The translations under genes and the position numbers were made by a program. Below are positions 8,791-18,779 of a stretch of 64,000 nt of DNA, in pieces. Source of the DNA: Thermoproteota archaeon (GTDB taxonomy: Archaea; Korarchaeota; Korarchaeia; Korarchaeales; JAOZGB01); contig JAVCBU010000003.1 in assembly GCA_037917685.1 (NCBI GenBank), positions 65,941 to 129,940 of the forward strand. Reading direction: 5' to 3'. The notes under the pieces were generated by a model, which saw only the letters and a list, made by a program, of their open reading frames with translations, was not told the origin of the DNA and ran no database searches. Position 1 is the stretch's first letter, and each line of letters opens with the position of its first letter.

Positions 8791-10291
8791 CTCCTGTCTT
8801 AGACCGTACTAGTCTCACATATAGCTCGTAAACTTCTCCCTCCTCTACTGGTAACACTTCCGATATTAAGGCTGAACTCCACTTTGCATACTTGAGAAGC
8901 GTTCTCTCCCTCCTCTCGGCAAGCATGGCTGCTTTCTTCTTTGAAAGATATAGGGAAAGCTTCCTAGCCAGTTCCCTAAGTCCTATCTCGATCTCCCTCG
9001 CTATCTCAGGGATATAGGCGATATATTCCTTTCCTAAGGTTTTGAATGGTATCTTGGTTGAGACAACGTGTACAAAGATAGCTATTGGCATCTCAGGCTT
9101 TATTCCATACCTAGACCAGTTTATTTGTCTGATAACTCTGGAGGAAACGTCGCTGTACTCGTCGTAGAGTAGTGGAATTTTATTTGCAAACCTGAATAGG
9201 AGGAAGTCGGGTGTTGCAGGTACGTTACCCCCATACGCTATTGCAAGCTCCACTATAAATGGGTGTCCCTGGTAGGCTCTCGGCGGCCTTTGAACAGCCT
9301 CGGCAAACTCTGGATTAAATTCTTTAATTACGCCTGCTTTTAGCAGTTCTACCCCGAGCGGTGAGAGACAGGATGGATCTGGCGCCTGATAGTCTGTATT
9401 CTTCATAGCTTTATATAGCTTTAAGAGTTCTCTGTCGCTCAGGCGTCGGGGATTCTTGTTCTCAAGCCTGGCTATTTCGATTATTTTCTTAGCTGTTTGA
9501 TGTCCAAGTCTCTGGAAGCTGGAGGTTAGAAATCCAGTTATGGTGTTAGCCCTGCTGTTCGCAATCATTCTACGTAGTGTTTCAAGGTCGACCCCCTCGG
9601 GGTGATATTTAACTTCTCTAGGCTTTGCTGGGAGCTTTTCGGTTTTACGAGTGAAGATGAGCTCCTTATAAGGGTCTTTGAATCTTAAATTCATGTAGGG
9701 AGCCACAACGGCCGTGTGTTTTAGGTATTCGTAAACCTTCTGTCTTGCCTTAGGGTATTCTGCTTCGATGTGCAGTGTAACCTCTGTGCCATGCCATGGG
9801 TTATCAGATTTTTTTAAAGCCTTTTCAGGCGGTGGAACGGCGATAGGCCTGTTTCCCTGAATATCTATCTTGATATCCATTTCAGCTTCGAACCCGTCTC
9901 CGACGCTGCTTCGGACGTGTACTGGTTTATTCGTGGTTATCTGGCCGTAAAGTACAGCCATCGTTCCACCCATGCCGAACCTTCCCCTTCTCTGGACATT
10001 TCCATACTTGGAGGAGAAGAGTACCTTACCAAAACATTCAGGGATAACCTCCGCTGGTATCCCAGTGCCGTTATCTTTTACTTTAATCACCCACTCCCCT
10101 CCCGACTCTCCTTTCTCAACGGTAATCTCGATGTCTGGGAGGATGCCGTTCTCTTCACATGCATCCAGCGCGTTCTCAACCAGTTCACGAATCGCAGAGT
10201 AAGCAGCCCTAACCGGGTTGTCGAAGCCAGCTATAGCTCTATTCTCATAGAAGAAGTCAGCGGGACTCTTTTCAACGTAATGTTCAGCCAA
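8756..10291 (-). CDS. top6B: DNA topoisomerase VI subunit B (GHKL ATPase)
   Basis: Bergerat-fold motifs ELVENALDA, DNGTGIP and GRFGMGG are present. The size (511 aa) and the position upstream of top6A also fit. Confidence 0.9.
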   Translation of the reverse strand: MAEHYVEKSPADFFYENRAIAGFDNPVRAAYSAIRELVENALDACEENGILPDIEITVEKGESGGEWVIKVKDNGTGIPAEVIPECFGKVLFSSKYGNVQRRGRFGMGGTMAVLYGQITTNKPVHVRSSVGDGFEAEMDIKIDIQGNRPIAVPPPEKALKKSDNPWHGTEVTLHIEAEYPKARQKVYEYLKHTAVVAPYMNLRFKDPYKELIFTRKTEKLPAKPREVKYHPEGVDLETLRRMIANSRANTITGFLTSSFQRLGHQTAKKIIEIARLENKNPRRLSDRELLKLYKAMKNTDYQAPDPSCLSPLGVELLKAGVIKEFNPEFAEAVQRPPRAYQGHPFIVELAIAYGGNVPATPDFLLFRFANKIPLLYDEYSDVSSRVIRQINWSRYGIKPEMPIAIFVHVVSTKIPFKTLGKEYIAYIPEIAREIEIGLRELARKLSLYLSKKKAAMLAERRERTLLKYAKWSSALISEVLPVEEGEVYELYVRLVRSKTGGAKVGWENTNS

Positions 10292-10459
10292 GAAACCTCA
10301 CCATAAACTATTCTACGTTGGAACTTGACCCATATTATCCCCCCTGCTTCTTTAAAACTGTAAAGAGACCAGCAATCAATATAATGCCGACGTAAACAAA
10401 ACAATGCATCATCATTACATGGTAATAATGGCTGTTCAAGCCTGAATAGTGCTGAAGCA

Positions 10460-11524
10460 TTATGAAACTGACCTGTAGTTCAGTCCAAGCTTATCAGCAA
10501 GCGTGTAAGCCTGCTTCATCTCTGTGTGGGTTGGCCTCCTATTTATCTGTTCTATTCTGTAAGCCTGGTGTTCAGGCCTGTACTGACCCATTATGTTGAC
10601 AAGCGCTTTAGGCATGTTTTCAGCTATCCACCTTAAAATAGGCTTGGTGCAACATTCTATGTGTCCTGGGATAACGAGGTGCCTTATTAACACCTCACTA
10701 CTCCTATAAGCCGTTAGATGGTTCCTTGTGGCGACCTCCCTATAGTTAGGCACTGAAGATAAACTTTCAGCACACTTATCATTCCAATACTTAAAGTCCG
10801 GAAGCCATAGATCTATAACCCCGTCCAAAAGCTTCATACTTTCAACAGAATTATAGAGGTTCGAGTTCCAGATTATCGGTACATTCATCTCAAAGTATTT
10901 CAATGCACCCAGGATCACATGGAGGTTTGGGGTGGGATCCCCGCCTACAAGATTTATATTTATACAACCGTTACCCACAAGCCTGTGCATTATACCAGCA
11001 AGCCTCTTCTCATCTACGGGATACCCACTTTCAGGGTCTGTTGAAATGTCCCAGTTCTGGCAGTAGACACATCTAAAGTTACAGGATGAGAAGAATATCG
11101 TGCCAGAAGGGATTAAAGGAGGCTCTTCTCCTATGTGTGAAAAGTATGAGGCCACCCTTGCTCTACTATCTAGCCTGCAGAAACCCCTTTCACCCTTGAG
11201 CCTGTTAACCTTACACCTTCTTTCACAAAATATGCAGCTTTCAAGAAGCCTTCTAGCTATCTCAGCCTTCAAATCTATGAGATTTGGGCTTGTTATCTCC
11301 TCACCAGTAGCATCCCTCCTCAAAATACTTAGTAGTCTATCATGTTCTCTCCACAAGGCTTTAAGCGGCGAGGAAAGGGGGATTTCTACCTTAAGTCTCT
11401 TTGCCTTTAAGTAAAAGGATTCTTCCTTTCCCTTCACTATTCTAACATATCTAGGTATACACTTCAATATCTCATCATTTTCGAATATGCCTATCGCATC
11501 TGTCCTTAAGATTCTCCACATCAT
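10460..11524 (-). CDS. Radical SAM protein, PflX-like (pyruvate formate-lyase activase homologue)
   Basis: The CNFRCVYCQNWDIS radical-SAM cluster is preceded by the Cys-rich CIFCERRCKVNRLKGERGFC segment typical of the PflX family. Confidence 0.8.
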   Translation of the reverse strand: MMWRILRTDAIGIFENDEILKCIPRYVRIVKGKEESFYLKAKRLKVEIPLSSPLKALWREHDRLLSILRRDATGEEITSPNLIDLKAEIARRLLESCIFCERRCKVNRLKGERGFCRLDSRARVASYFSHIGEEPPLIPSGTIFFSSCNFRCVYCQNWDISTDPESGYPVDEKRLAGIMHRLVGNGCININLVGGDPTPNLHVILGALKYFEMNVPIIWNSNLYNSVESMKLLDGVIDLWLPDFKYWNDKCAESLSSVPNYREVATRNHLTAYRSSEVLIRHLVIPGHIECCTKPILRWIAENMPKALVNIMGQYRPEHQAYRIEQINRRPTHTEMKQAYTLADKLGLNYRSVS

Positions 11525-11607
11525 TCTATATACCCCTACCCCCGGTGACTATTAAAGCAGTTCTATCTGTGAATCTTTAAAGGTTAGTTTACCCACTTAA
11601 ACTTGAA

Positions 11608-12942
11608 ATGCCCCTTGAGAAATGCCCGACCGGCATCGAAGATCTGGACATGGCGATAGAAGGAGGCTTCCCGAGGGGAGCCCTCGTACTTCTGGCTGGA
11701 AATCCCGGAGCGGGCAAGACCACACTTGCTGCTAAATTCCTCTACGAGGGTGTTAAGAAATTTAACGAGCCCGGAGTAATGCTCAGCTTCTCAGAGCCAT
11801 TTACAGACTTCATAAAGAATATGAAACTTCTAGACCTTGACTTCGAGTCCTTAGACAGGAACAGTTTCAGTTTTATCGAGGCTTACACCTCGATTGATAA
11901 GCAAGCGATCACAGTGTTGATGAAACAACTCACATCCGAAGTGTCAAAGATCAATGCTAGAAGGCTTGTCATAGACTCAATCACAGCTCTCGCCGGAGGT
12001 CTGCAATCAACAGAGTTGAGAGCCCTGCTACATAACACTCTAATGAGGCTTTGCAAGGTTAGAGGCGTCACAGCAATACTGATAGCTGACCTGCCAGTTG
12101 GCGTAGAGGCAGTCGGCTATGGTGTGGAGGAATTTGTCGTAGATGGACTAATAAAGCTTTACATGAAGTACGGCCCATCAGGGATCCCGGAGAGAAAGAT
12201 AGAGATAGTTAAGTTAAGAGGAGCCCCTCTTCAAAGGGTTGTATACGAATTTACAATTGGAAAGGGTGGTATAAACCTGTTTATACCAACAGGTCCTGAG
12301 GCCGGCGGAAAAATAGGACCTGAAAGAGTGTCAACTGGAATAACAGAATTGGACTCCATGCTTGGGGGAGGACTACTTAAAGGTTCAGTGACGATCCTAG
12401 ATGGAAGTAGCGGGTCTGGAAAGACCACTATAGCATTAAGATTCGCTACGGACGGGCTTACTAAGAGAGAGCCCGTGCTATACATCTCTTTAAACGAGCC
12501 AGACCAGCAGGTGGCAGATAGGCTTGCTAGGATATCCAGGGTTAACATGAAACTCGCCCACATAATCTCTCCATCCTACCTAAAATACACGAAAGGCGGC
12601 TTCTACGACATGGTTGTCAGGTCGATTCTGAAGTTTAATGTTAAAAGAGTAGTTATAGACGGGATTGAAATGCTCAAAGTCCAGTATGGATCCAAAGGCG
12701 CCGCACAGCTTATATCGACGATTTCAGCCCATACTAAGAACAAAGGTATAACAATGCTTCTAACCTCATGTAAAGCGGAGGACTGCTACCACATGGTTGA
12801 TAATGTGATTAAATTGTCTGTAACAAGAATCAATGATTCCCATGTTAGAACAATAGAAGTCGTGAAGAGCAGAGGCTCAGACCATAGCTATCGCATCAGA
12901 AAGATGAGTATCACCGATAGGGAGGTGTTAATATATGAGTGA
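11608..12942 (+). CDS. Two-domain KaiC-family ATPase
   Basis: There are two RecA-like halves, each with a Walker A (GNPGAGKTTLA and GSSGSGKTTIA) and a Walker B-like stretch (LVIDSITAL, VVIDGIEML). Confidence 0.85.
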   Translation: MPLEKCPTGIEDLDMAIEGGFPRGALVLLAGNPGAGKTTLAAKFLYEGVKKFNEPGVMLSFSEPFTDFIKNMKLLDLDFESLDRNSFSFIEAYTSIDKQAITVLMKQLTSEVSKINARRLVIDSITALAGGLQSTELRALLHNTLMRLCKVRGVTAILIADLPVGVEAVGYGVEEFVVDGLIKLYMKYGPSGIPERKIEIVKLRGAPLQRVVYEFTIGKGGINLFIPTGPEAGGKIGPERVSTGITELDSMLGGGLLKGSVTILDGSSGSGKTTIALRFATDGLTKREPVLYISLNEPDQQVADRLARISRVNMKLAHIISPSYLKYTKGGFYDMVVRSILKFNVKRVVIDGIEMLKVQYGSKGAAQLISTISAHTKNKGITMLLTSCKAEDCYHMVDNVIKLSVTRINDSHVRTIEVVKSRGSDHSYRIRKMSITDREVLIYE

Positions 12943-13306
12943 AACCGAGGATGTGAAAGAATTCGTCCTAAGCATCCTCGAACCTCTGGGTCCAAGTTTC
13001 CCTGAAGTGCTTCGCCACCTATTAAAGGATAAGCTCAACGGGGACCCGTGTGAGATTCTATTTGAAAAACCCCGAAATTTCTACGAGGCTCTAAATAATG
13101 TTTTGGGGGGAGAAAACAGGGTGAAGATGCTTCTTGAGATGGCCGTCAGCGCTGCCCGGGTGAAGTACGACGTCAAGCTCAGCGTGGATGATATTCTGGA
13201 GGCGCTGAAGGAAGGGCATAAAGAATACCTGTCAACCACTGTAAGACAGGCCGCAATAATGGCGAAGCAGCTAAAGAGTTTAGGCGGGCTTCGGCCTAAA
13301 AGTTAA
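12935..13306 (+). CDS. Hypothetical 123-aa protein, translationally coupled to the KaiC-family gene
   Basis: Its start overlaps the KaiC stop by 8 nt. I recognise no family. Confidence 0.45.
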   Translation: MSETEDVKEFVLSILEPLGPSFPEVLRHLLKDKLNGDPCEILFEKPRNFYEALNNVLGGENRVKMLLEMAVSAARVKYDVKLSVDDILEALKEGHKEYLSTTVRQAAIMAKQLKSLGGLRPKS

Positions 13307-13716
13307 TGTACACGTCTCTCCAGGTTCAACTTTTACGTCAACCCTATACTTGCTCTTCTTAAACTTTTCCAGCATGTACCTAAAAACCCCGGGCCAGGGG
13401 CAGGCTGTCCCTTCGAACTCATACCCGCCAATCTTCTTAGGGCATATACCACATTCCTTAATTGTCACTTTAATCTTACCTTCGTCAGATCCCTGAAAAG
13501 TTATCTCAGACGCGAGTCCAAGATCTGCTAGCAAAACACTGAGATCATCCAAATTTTTATTTCCTTACCCTCATCCTCTGCATACTTAAGAAGTTCTCTT
13601 CCAACATACTCCCCAATAATATTAGCAGTAGCCTGTGCAGCTCTCCCAAGCATCTCCTCTAAGCCCACCATGAATCCTATGAAAACACGGTTCCAAAGGT
13701 TTAGCTTCATCCTCAT
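13280..13716 (-). pseudogene. V4R-like (COG1719-type) small protein split by a frameshift at an A5T3 run
   Basis: A 62-aa ORF (13528-13716) and a 90-aa ORF (13280-13552, TTG start) overlap. Read together they resemble one ~150-aa protein with the Cys pattern ECGICP...GTACPW. The frames switch around GAAATAAAAATTTGG. Confidence 0.4.
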
Positions 13717-13775
13717 CCTACCAGATACTATTAGTATTTAAAGTTTCCCAGCGGCATTTGTTTAAAGGTATACTG

Positions 13776-15308
13776 CTACCCACCCCCATACCATATAAGA
13801 CTTACCTCGTCCCCAGTTACTCTTCCATCTCCGTTGTTATCATGCCATTCAACCATGTAGTCCATGCATAAAATAATGTCAATATTGTCCATTAGCCATA
13901 TTAGACCCGCTAGTGTGCCGTATCTAGTTACTCCCCCTACTAGGATTTCAGCGTTTCCTCCACACTCGACAACCGATATTATACAGTAGTCAATTTTGCC
14001 ATAGTCCGTGTAGAGCACCTCGCCAAAATATCCGATTCCAACGTATCTTCCATCCTCCACAGTAAAGTTTGCATCATGTCCGGACCATTCTTCCGGGTAT
14101 ATTAGCGGGCCTCCAAGTTTCACCACAGGTTTCTCCAACGGTTCCATCGAGAAAGTCTTAAAGTCACAAGAATAGTTAAAGCACATGTTATAGTCCACCT
14201 CGGATTTGGCTTCAAGATTTAAATCACTAAGCAGTGGAACTGCTCTTGGTATTATAATTGGATTTCCATCTTTAAAATCATCCTGAAACTGTGTTATAAG
14301 CCCCTCAACGAAGAAGCCTTGGGGTTTACCTGTTTCAGCCTCTAGAACTCCGAGTCCCAGTCCAGCTTCCATTACTTCGTCGTACCATATTAGATGAGGG
14401 CTAGAATAATGGTAAAGCCACTTATACTCCGGATTCCATTTAAGTACTGCTGCTAGAGCCGATTTCTCTGTCAGATTTGCCGTGAAGCTTAAGATAACGG
14501 CATAGTCCAGCCCAAGTCCACCTCTATTCTCCCCGGTGCTGCTATTCAAATCTTTATCTATGTAGAACTGGAATCTCCTGTACAAAACACCTCCTAATGT
14601 ATAATTCAGAGGTTTAAGCCAAGTGTCCACCCTAGTGTAGAGGAAATATTTATCGTTTGTGAAGTAGACAGACTTAAATCCATCAATACACGGAAAATTT
14701 GGCCTCTCATTTGTACTCAGTACTGGCTCTGCTATCCAGTCATCTGGCAAGCCGTCTATGCTTATCTTGTTATTCTCAGTATAATTGTAAACGAAAGCTT
14801 TATCTATTCTTTCAAAGTAAGCGTTTGTCGTTCTAAGAATCATAATCATGTGGTTTCCCTCCTTCCAGGTCTCCCTTGGTAGCTCAAACTCAACAGAATC
14901 ACCTGAGATAATAGCATTTGCATCTATCTTTCTTGTATTTTTTATATCCCATGTCCCGATTGTGTCATTCCATGGGGTGATTTGAATGCTTTTCCTTTCA
15001 CTCGAAACTTCTAGCATCAGAGAGTAATCAATGCCAAAGCCTGACTTATGCCTTGCACCTGTATATGGGTTCATATCGGTGTCAAGTAGGATTCCGGCGA
15101 TAACAGATCCATTCTGGGGAATATTACTTCCAAATGTAAGCTTCATAAACATTTTCCCCTCCTCGATCTTTATATAAACCCCTCTAAGGTCAAGAAAGCT
15201 GTCCTCAGGCAACTCAGCCTGATCGACTCCTATAAGTTCCCATGTTTCCTGCTTGGTCATCGCAAGGGGTAGGAGGATGATTATCAGGGTAGTAGCTAGG
15301 ACCCTCAA
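13776..15308 (-). CDS. Secreted protein of unknown function with a C-terminal Ca-binding-like DxNGDGxV motif
   Basis: It has an N-terminal signal-like MRVLATTLIIILLPLAM and a C-terminal HDNNGDGRVTGDE (dockerin/EF-hand-like). No other family was recognised. Confidence 0.55.
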   Translation of the reverse strand: MRVLATTLIIILLPLAMTKQETWELIGVDQAELPEDSFLDLRGVYIKIEEGKMFMKLTFGSNIPQNGSVIAGILLDTDMNPYTGARHKSGFGIDYSLMLEVSSERKSIQITPWNDTIGTWDIKNTRKIDANAIISGDSVEFELPRETWKEGNHMIMILRTTNAYFERIDKAFVYNYTENNKISIDGLPDDWIAEPVLSTNERPNFPCIDGFKSVYFTNDKYFLYTRVDTWLKPLNYTLGGVLYRRFQFYIDKDLNSSTGENRGGLGLDYAVILSFTANLTEKSALAAVLKWNPEYKWLYHYSSPHLIWYDEVMEAGLGLGVLEAETGKPQGFFVEGLITQFQDDFKDGNPIIIPRAVPLLSDLNLEAKSEVDYNMCFNYSCDFKTFSMEPLEKPVVKLGGPLIYPEEWSGHDANFTVEDGRYVGIGYFGEVLYTDYGKIDYCIISVVECGGNAEILVGGVTRYGTLAGLIWLMDNIDIILCMDYMVEWHDNNGDGRVTGDEVSLIWYGGG

Positions 15309-15349
15309 GGTTACACCTATTCTAATAACTAAATATAAAACCTTTAAAG

Positions 15350-16042
15350 CTATGGTTCGGATAGAAGCTGACTGATAGCATTGCTGAGAGTCTCGTAGAA
15401 GTTTGGTATAAGACCTGTAATCTTAAGTCTTATCTTTCCATGTTTATCGATAAGTATGAATGTAGGTATAGCTCTCACCCCGTATTTATCAGCTACCTCT
15501 CCATCTCTATCCAGTAAAACTATCCATGTCATACCTTTAGTTGAGGCAAAGTCTTTCACCTTGTTTGCGTCTTCTCTGAGATTAACAGATATAATAACAA
15601 AATCCTCACCTAAAAAATCCTTACTGAGACGTTTCAACTCGGAGATTGACATCCTGCAGGGGCCACACCATGTAGCCCAGAAGTCGAGAAGAACCACCTT
15701 CCCATGGAAATCCTCAAGCCTTACTGTTTCTCCATTTATACTTTCAAGCGTAAACGTTGGAGCTTTGCCCATATCTTTCAGAACCAAGCCTTCACCAGTA
15801 CTTGGTGGCGTGGGCTCAGGTGTCCCTTTAACAGATGGCGTCTCTGTAGGGGTCTGCGTTGGTGTTTTTTCGCTGTTAGGCTGTGAACCGTACATGTTTA
15901 CGGCTATATAAACTGTCCCTACCGCAAACACCGCTATAAGAGATACTATGATAGCTTTCTCAGCAAGGCTCATACTTTTAGGCTTCTTCTCAACTTGTTT
16001 TCGACGTGTATCGCGTTCCTTCCTCCTTTTTTTCTTAGTCAT
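15350..16042 (-). CDS. Membrane-anchored TlpA/ResA-like thiol:disulfide oxidoreductase (thioredoxin fold)
   Basis: A basic N-terminus and one TM helix are followed by a Thr/Pro linker and then VLLDFWATWCGPC, which carries the CxxC active site. Confidence 0.8.
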   Translation of the reverse strand: MTKKKRRKERDTRRKQVEKKPKSMSLAEKAIIVSLIAVFAVGTVYIAVNMYGSQPNSEKTPTQTPTETPSVKGTPEPTPPSTGEGLVLKDMGKAPTFTLESINGETVRLEDFHGKVVLLDFWATWCGPCRMSISELKRLSKDFLGEDFVIISVNLREDANKVKDFASTKGMTWIVLLDRDGEVADKYGVRAIPTFILIDKHGKIRLKITGLIPNFYETLSNAISQLLSEP

Positions 16043-16088
16043 GATTATCTAACACCTTTCTTAATCTATAAACATTTCATAGACCCAT

Positions 16089-17276
16089 CTATAGGGTTCT
16101 ATTAGCATCTTTCAGGAGGTTTTTGTAGAGTGTATAATACTTCTTGACTATTCTTTCAAGACTATACTTTTCGGCAGTTTCCCTCGCTTTCTTCCCTATC
16201 CTTGAGGCTAGAGCCCTATCGTTAGCAAGGTCTAATATTGCTTCCGCTATCTTATCAGGGCTAAGCGGGGGGACTAGTATGGCGTCATAGCCATCCTCGG
16301 CGACGTCTGATATTCCAGGTAAACTGCTTGCAACCACCGGTTTACCCATGGCCATAGCTTCAAGCATACTTATGGACGACGCCTCGGCTATACTTGGAAT
16401 AACCACTACATCCGCAAGTGCTAGATAATCCGGAACTTCTGTGTTAGGAACCCAGCCAACGAACTTAACACGGCCTGAAATTCCCAGTTTACGTGCAAGA
16501 TTCTGTAATCTTTCCCTTTCAGGCCCGTCTCCGACAACTAACAGTTCAGCGTCGAGCTTTCTTATAACCTCAGGCATGGCCCGCAACAAAGTTTCAACGC
16601 TATTTTTCTTAACAAGCCTCCGCACAGTCACCACGACAAACCTTTTCTTAGAAGCCACCTTCTTACATGGTCTAAATCTATTGGTGTCTACCGCGTTAAG
16701 TATAACTCTCAGCTTTCTTCCATCGACCCCCCAAGACCTTAACAATTTTGGAAACATGCTTTCAGCATGAACTTGAACGTCCGAAAACCTTGCAAGAAGG
16801 GGAACCAATACTCTTTCCCCAAGTCTAAAAAGCTTTCCCCTAATCCTTCCAGCTAGATGCTCCCATACATGGTAATATGTGCCATGGATCGTGTTAACGC
16901 AAGGTTTCCCATACATCTTTGAGAGGTATACTGCCAGAAGCCCAGAGCTATAGACATGCCCGTGTGCCACGTCGAAATCCACATCTAAGTATGGAGCCTT
17001 AATTATCCCTGATAGCAAGAAAAATATCTGTCTACCAATCTTTAGACTATGCCTGTCCCAGAAAGCAGCTGTTAAACCCGCAATGTCTATTCTAACTATC
17101 TCTACTCCTTCCATCCTTATTCTCTGCTTGCAGCCGGGTATTGCACCTGTAAGCCACGTAACCTCGCAGCCAAGCTCTATCAGCCCCTTTGAGATGTTAA
17201 GTATATGGGCTTCTAGGCCGCCAGTGAGTCTCTTATCATCGGTAGGCCCGAGATCGTATATTTGAAGTATCTTCAA
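16089..17276 (-). CDS. Glycosyltransferase family 4 (GT-B, Glycos_transf_1)
   Basis: The C-terminal EASSISMLEAMAMGKPVVAS motif and overall GT4 layout are present. Confidence 0.85.
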   Translation of the reverse strand: MKILQIYDLGPTDDKRLTGGLEAHILNISKGLIELGCEVTWLTGAIPGCKQRIRMEGVEIVRIDIAGLTAAFWDRHSLKIGRQIFFLLSGIIKAPYLDVDFDVAHGHVYSSGLLAVYLSKMYGKPCVNTIHGTYYHVWEHLAGRIRGKLFRLGERVLVPLLARFSDVQVHAESMFPKLLRSWGVDGRKLRVILNAVDTNRFRPCKKVASKKRFVVVTVRRLVKKNSVETLLRAMPEVIRKLDAELLVVGDGPERERLQNLARKLGISGRVKFVGWVPNTEVPDYLALADVVVIPSIAEASSISMLEAMAMGKPVVASSLPGISDVAEDGYDAILVPPLSPDKIAEAILDLANDRALASRIGKKARETAEKYSLERIVKKYYTLYKNLLKDANRTL

Positions 17277-18066
17277 GCCTATCAGCCAGGAGATATGCTA
17301 TTTCCCGCATCATCATAAATTTGTAGCCTCTATCCATTAGCAACTTTATAATCTTTCCTAACATGCCGATTTTAACCCTGCCTTCATAGCAAGCATGGCT
17401 GTAGATTCCAATATATTCTTCTTCGACTCCACTATAGTAGTGTAAAATAGCATCGCTACTGTATCCTGCTGCCTCCAACTCTTCTATTGATAGAGCATTT
17501 ACGGGAACCTGAATAATGCCATTGACAATTCTAGGGTTCCCCCTTCTAGAGCTGCTAACGTAGAGAAAGCCGATTCTCTTCGCTGCCCATGCAGCCTTCA
17601 TGTCGAACTTGAAGGCTGGAGGCGCAAATCCAAGCGGCCTTATACCCGACGTTTCCTCTAGGAGGTCTGTGGACAGCTTTAAATCTCTGAGTAGTTCTTC
17701 AGCCTTAAGGCTTTCATACTTAGAGGTCCAAAGTAGATGGTTATACCCGTGGCATCCTATCTCATGCCCCTTTTCGACTATAAGCCTTAACACTCTTGTA
17801 TTGCTTAATCCAACCATCGGCTTCCAGACGAGGCCTGCGAAAACGTTGACTCCATACTTCCTAAAAGGGTTTATTTTTAATGCGTAGCCTGCGCTTCCCC
17901 GCCTAAAAATGTTCAGGAAGGTTCTGTCCGGCCCCATTGTTATGAAAAATGTTGCGCTTACACCAAGCTCGCCTAGTTGTCTGAGAAGCTTAGGGACGCC
18001 TTTTGATAGCCCAATCCAAGTGTCTACGTCTATTCTGAGTGTGGCTGTTTTACCCAGTCTTACCAC
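17236..18066 (-). CDS. Polysaccharide deacetylase (CE4 / NodB homology domain)
   Basis: The stretches RIDVDT...ATFFI...HEIGCHGYNH contain the CE4 metal-binding and catalytic motifs. Confidence 0.8.
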   Translation of the reverse strand: MVRLGKTATLRIDVDTWIGLSKGVPKLLRQLGELGVSATFFITMGPDRTFLNIFRRGSAGYALKINPFRKYGVNVFAGLVWKPMVGLSNTRVLRLIVEKGHEIGCHGYNHLLWTSKYESLKAEELLRDLKLSTDLLEETSGIRPLGFAPPAFKFDMKAAWAAKRIGFLYVSSSRRGNPRIVNGIIQVPVNALSIEELEAAGYSSDAILHYYSGVEEEYIGIYSHACYEGRVKIGMLGKIIKLLMDRGYKFMMMREIAYLLADRLEDTSNIRSRAYR

Positions 18067-18763
18067 CAGCTATGTAGGAAGCTGCAAAATACCAGAATAC
18101 AGATAGAAATGCGAGGAAAATTGCGAATCCAAGATACTTGTGAACTTCCATAAGGGGTTTATATCCATAATTGTATCCTATCAATGACAGGATTACAACT
18201 CTCAGAACATTTCCGGAATACGCACCCCCGACCCCTAATGCGAGAGAAACAACCGCCCTCCCCTTGTTTACATCCCTTCCCATGTCAACTATCATGAAAA
18301 GAAATGTACCGACAAATATTAGGAAAGAGTGAACCCCGGAACATCTCGCATCAATATAGATAGCAGGTATCTTGGATGGAGGGCTATTGAATACAATACT
18401 GTAATTTCCAACCTTTGCTTCTACTCCTATTAAATTTAACACCTTGTTTGATAGGAAAATGGTGAACCTTGTCATACCGTCTGCAAACCTCGAATTTAAA
18501 ATGTAACTGTCATAGTTTGTTAACAAAAACATCCAGAAGCCAAATATGGCGATAGCGAGGTAGAGACTCGGTACTTTAAATTTTGCAAGCTGTGGTATCT
18601 CAGGGAGAATAAGGTACACTGAGAGTACGAACATTAATAGGCCGGCGGGGGGTAGGAGGAAATTCCTGTAACTTTCGAACAGCAGATAGAGTATTACTGC
18701 ACATATAAATGCTGAAATACCCAGTATAAGTCTAAACCTTCTATTCACATGCCTTCTATACAC
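18050..18763 (-). CDS. Exosortase/archaeosortase-family integral membrane protein (putative)
   Basis: It is polytopic. The stretches IDARCSGVHSFLIF (Cys), SGNVLRVVIL (Arg) and EVHKYLGFAIF (His) appear in the order expected for the exosortase/archaeosortase Cys-Arg-His triad. Confidence 0.55.
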   Translation of the reverse strand: MYRRHVNRRFRLILGISAFICAVILYLLFESYRNFLLPPAGLLMFVLSVYLILPEIPQLAKFKVPSLYLAIAIFGFWMFLLTNYDSYILNSRFADGMTRFTIFLSNKVLNLIGVEAKVGNYSIVFNSPPSKIPAIYIDARCSGVHSFLIFVGTFLFMIVDMGRDVNKGRAVVSLALGVGGAYSGNVLRVVILSLIGYNYGYKPLMEVHKYLGFAIFLAFLSVFWYFAASYIAGGKTG

Positions 18764-18779
18764 TGAACTCTTATTAAGG

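Noticed and set aside
10380-10425. C-box-like AUGAUGA on the minus strand in the top6B / radical-SAM intergenic region
   Set aside because: No D box or terminal pairing lies downstream. It is probably chance in an AT-rich promoter region.
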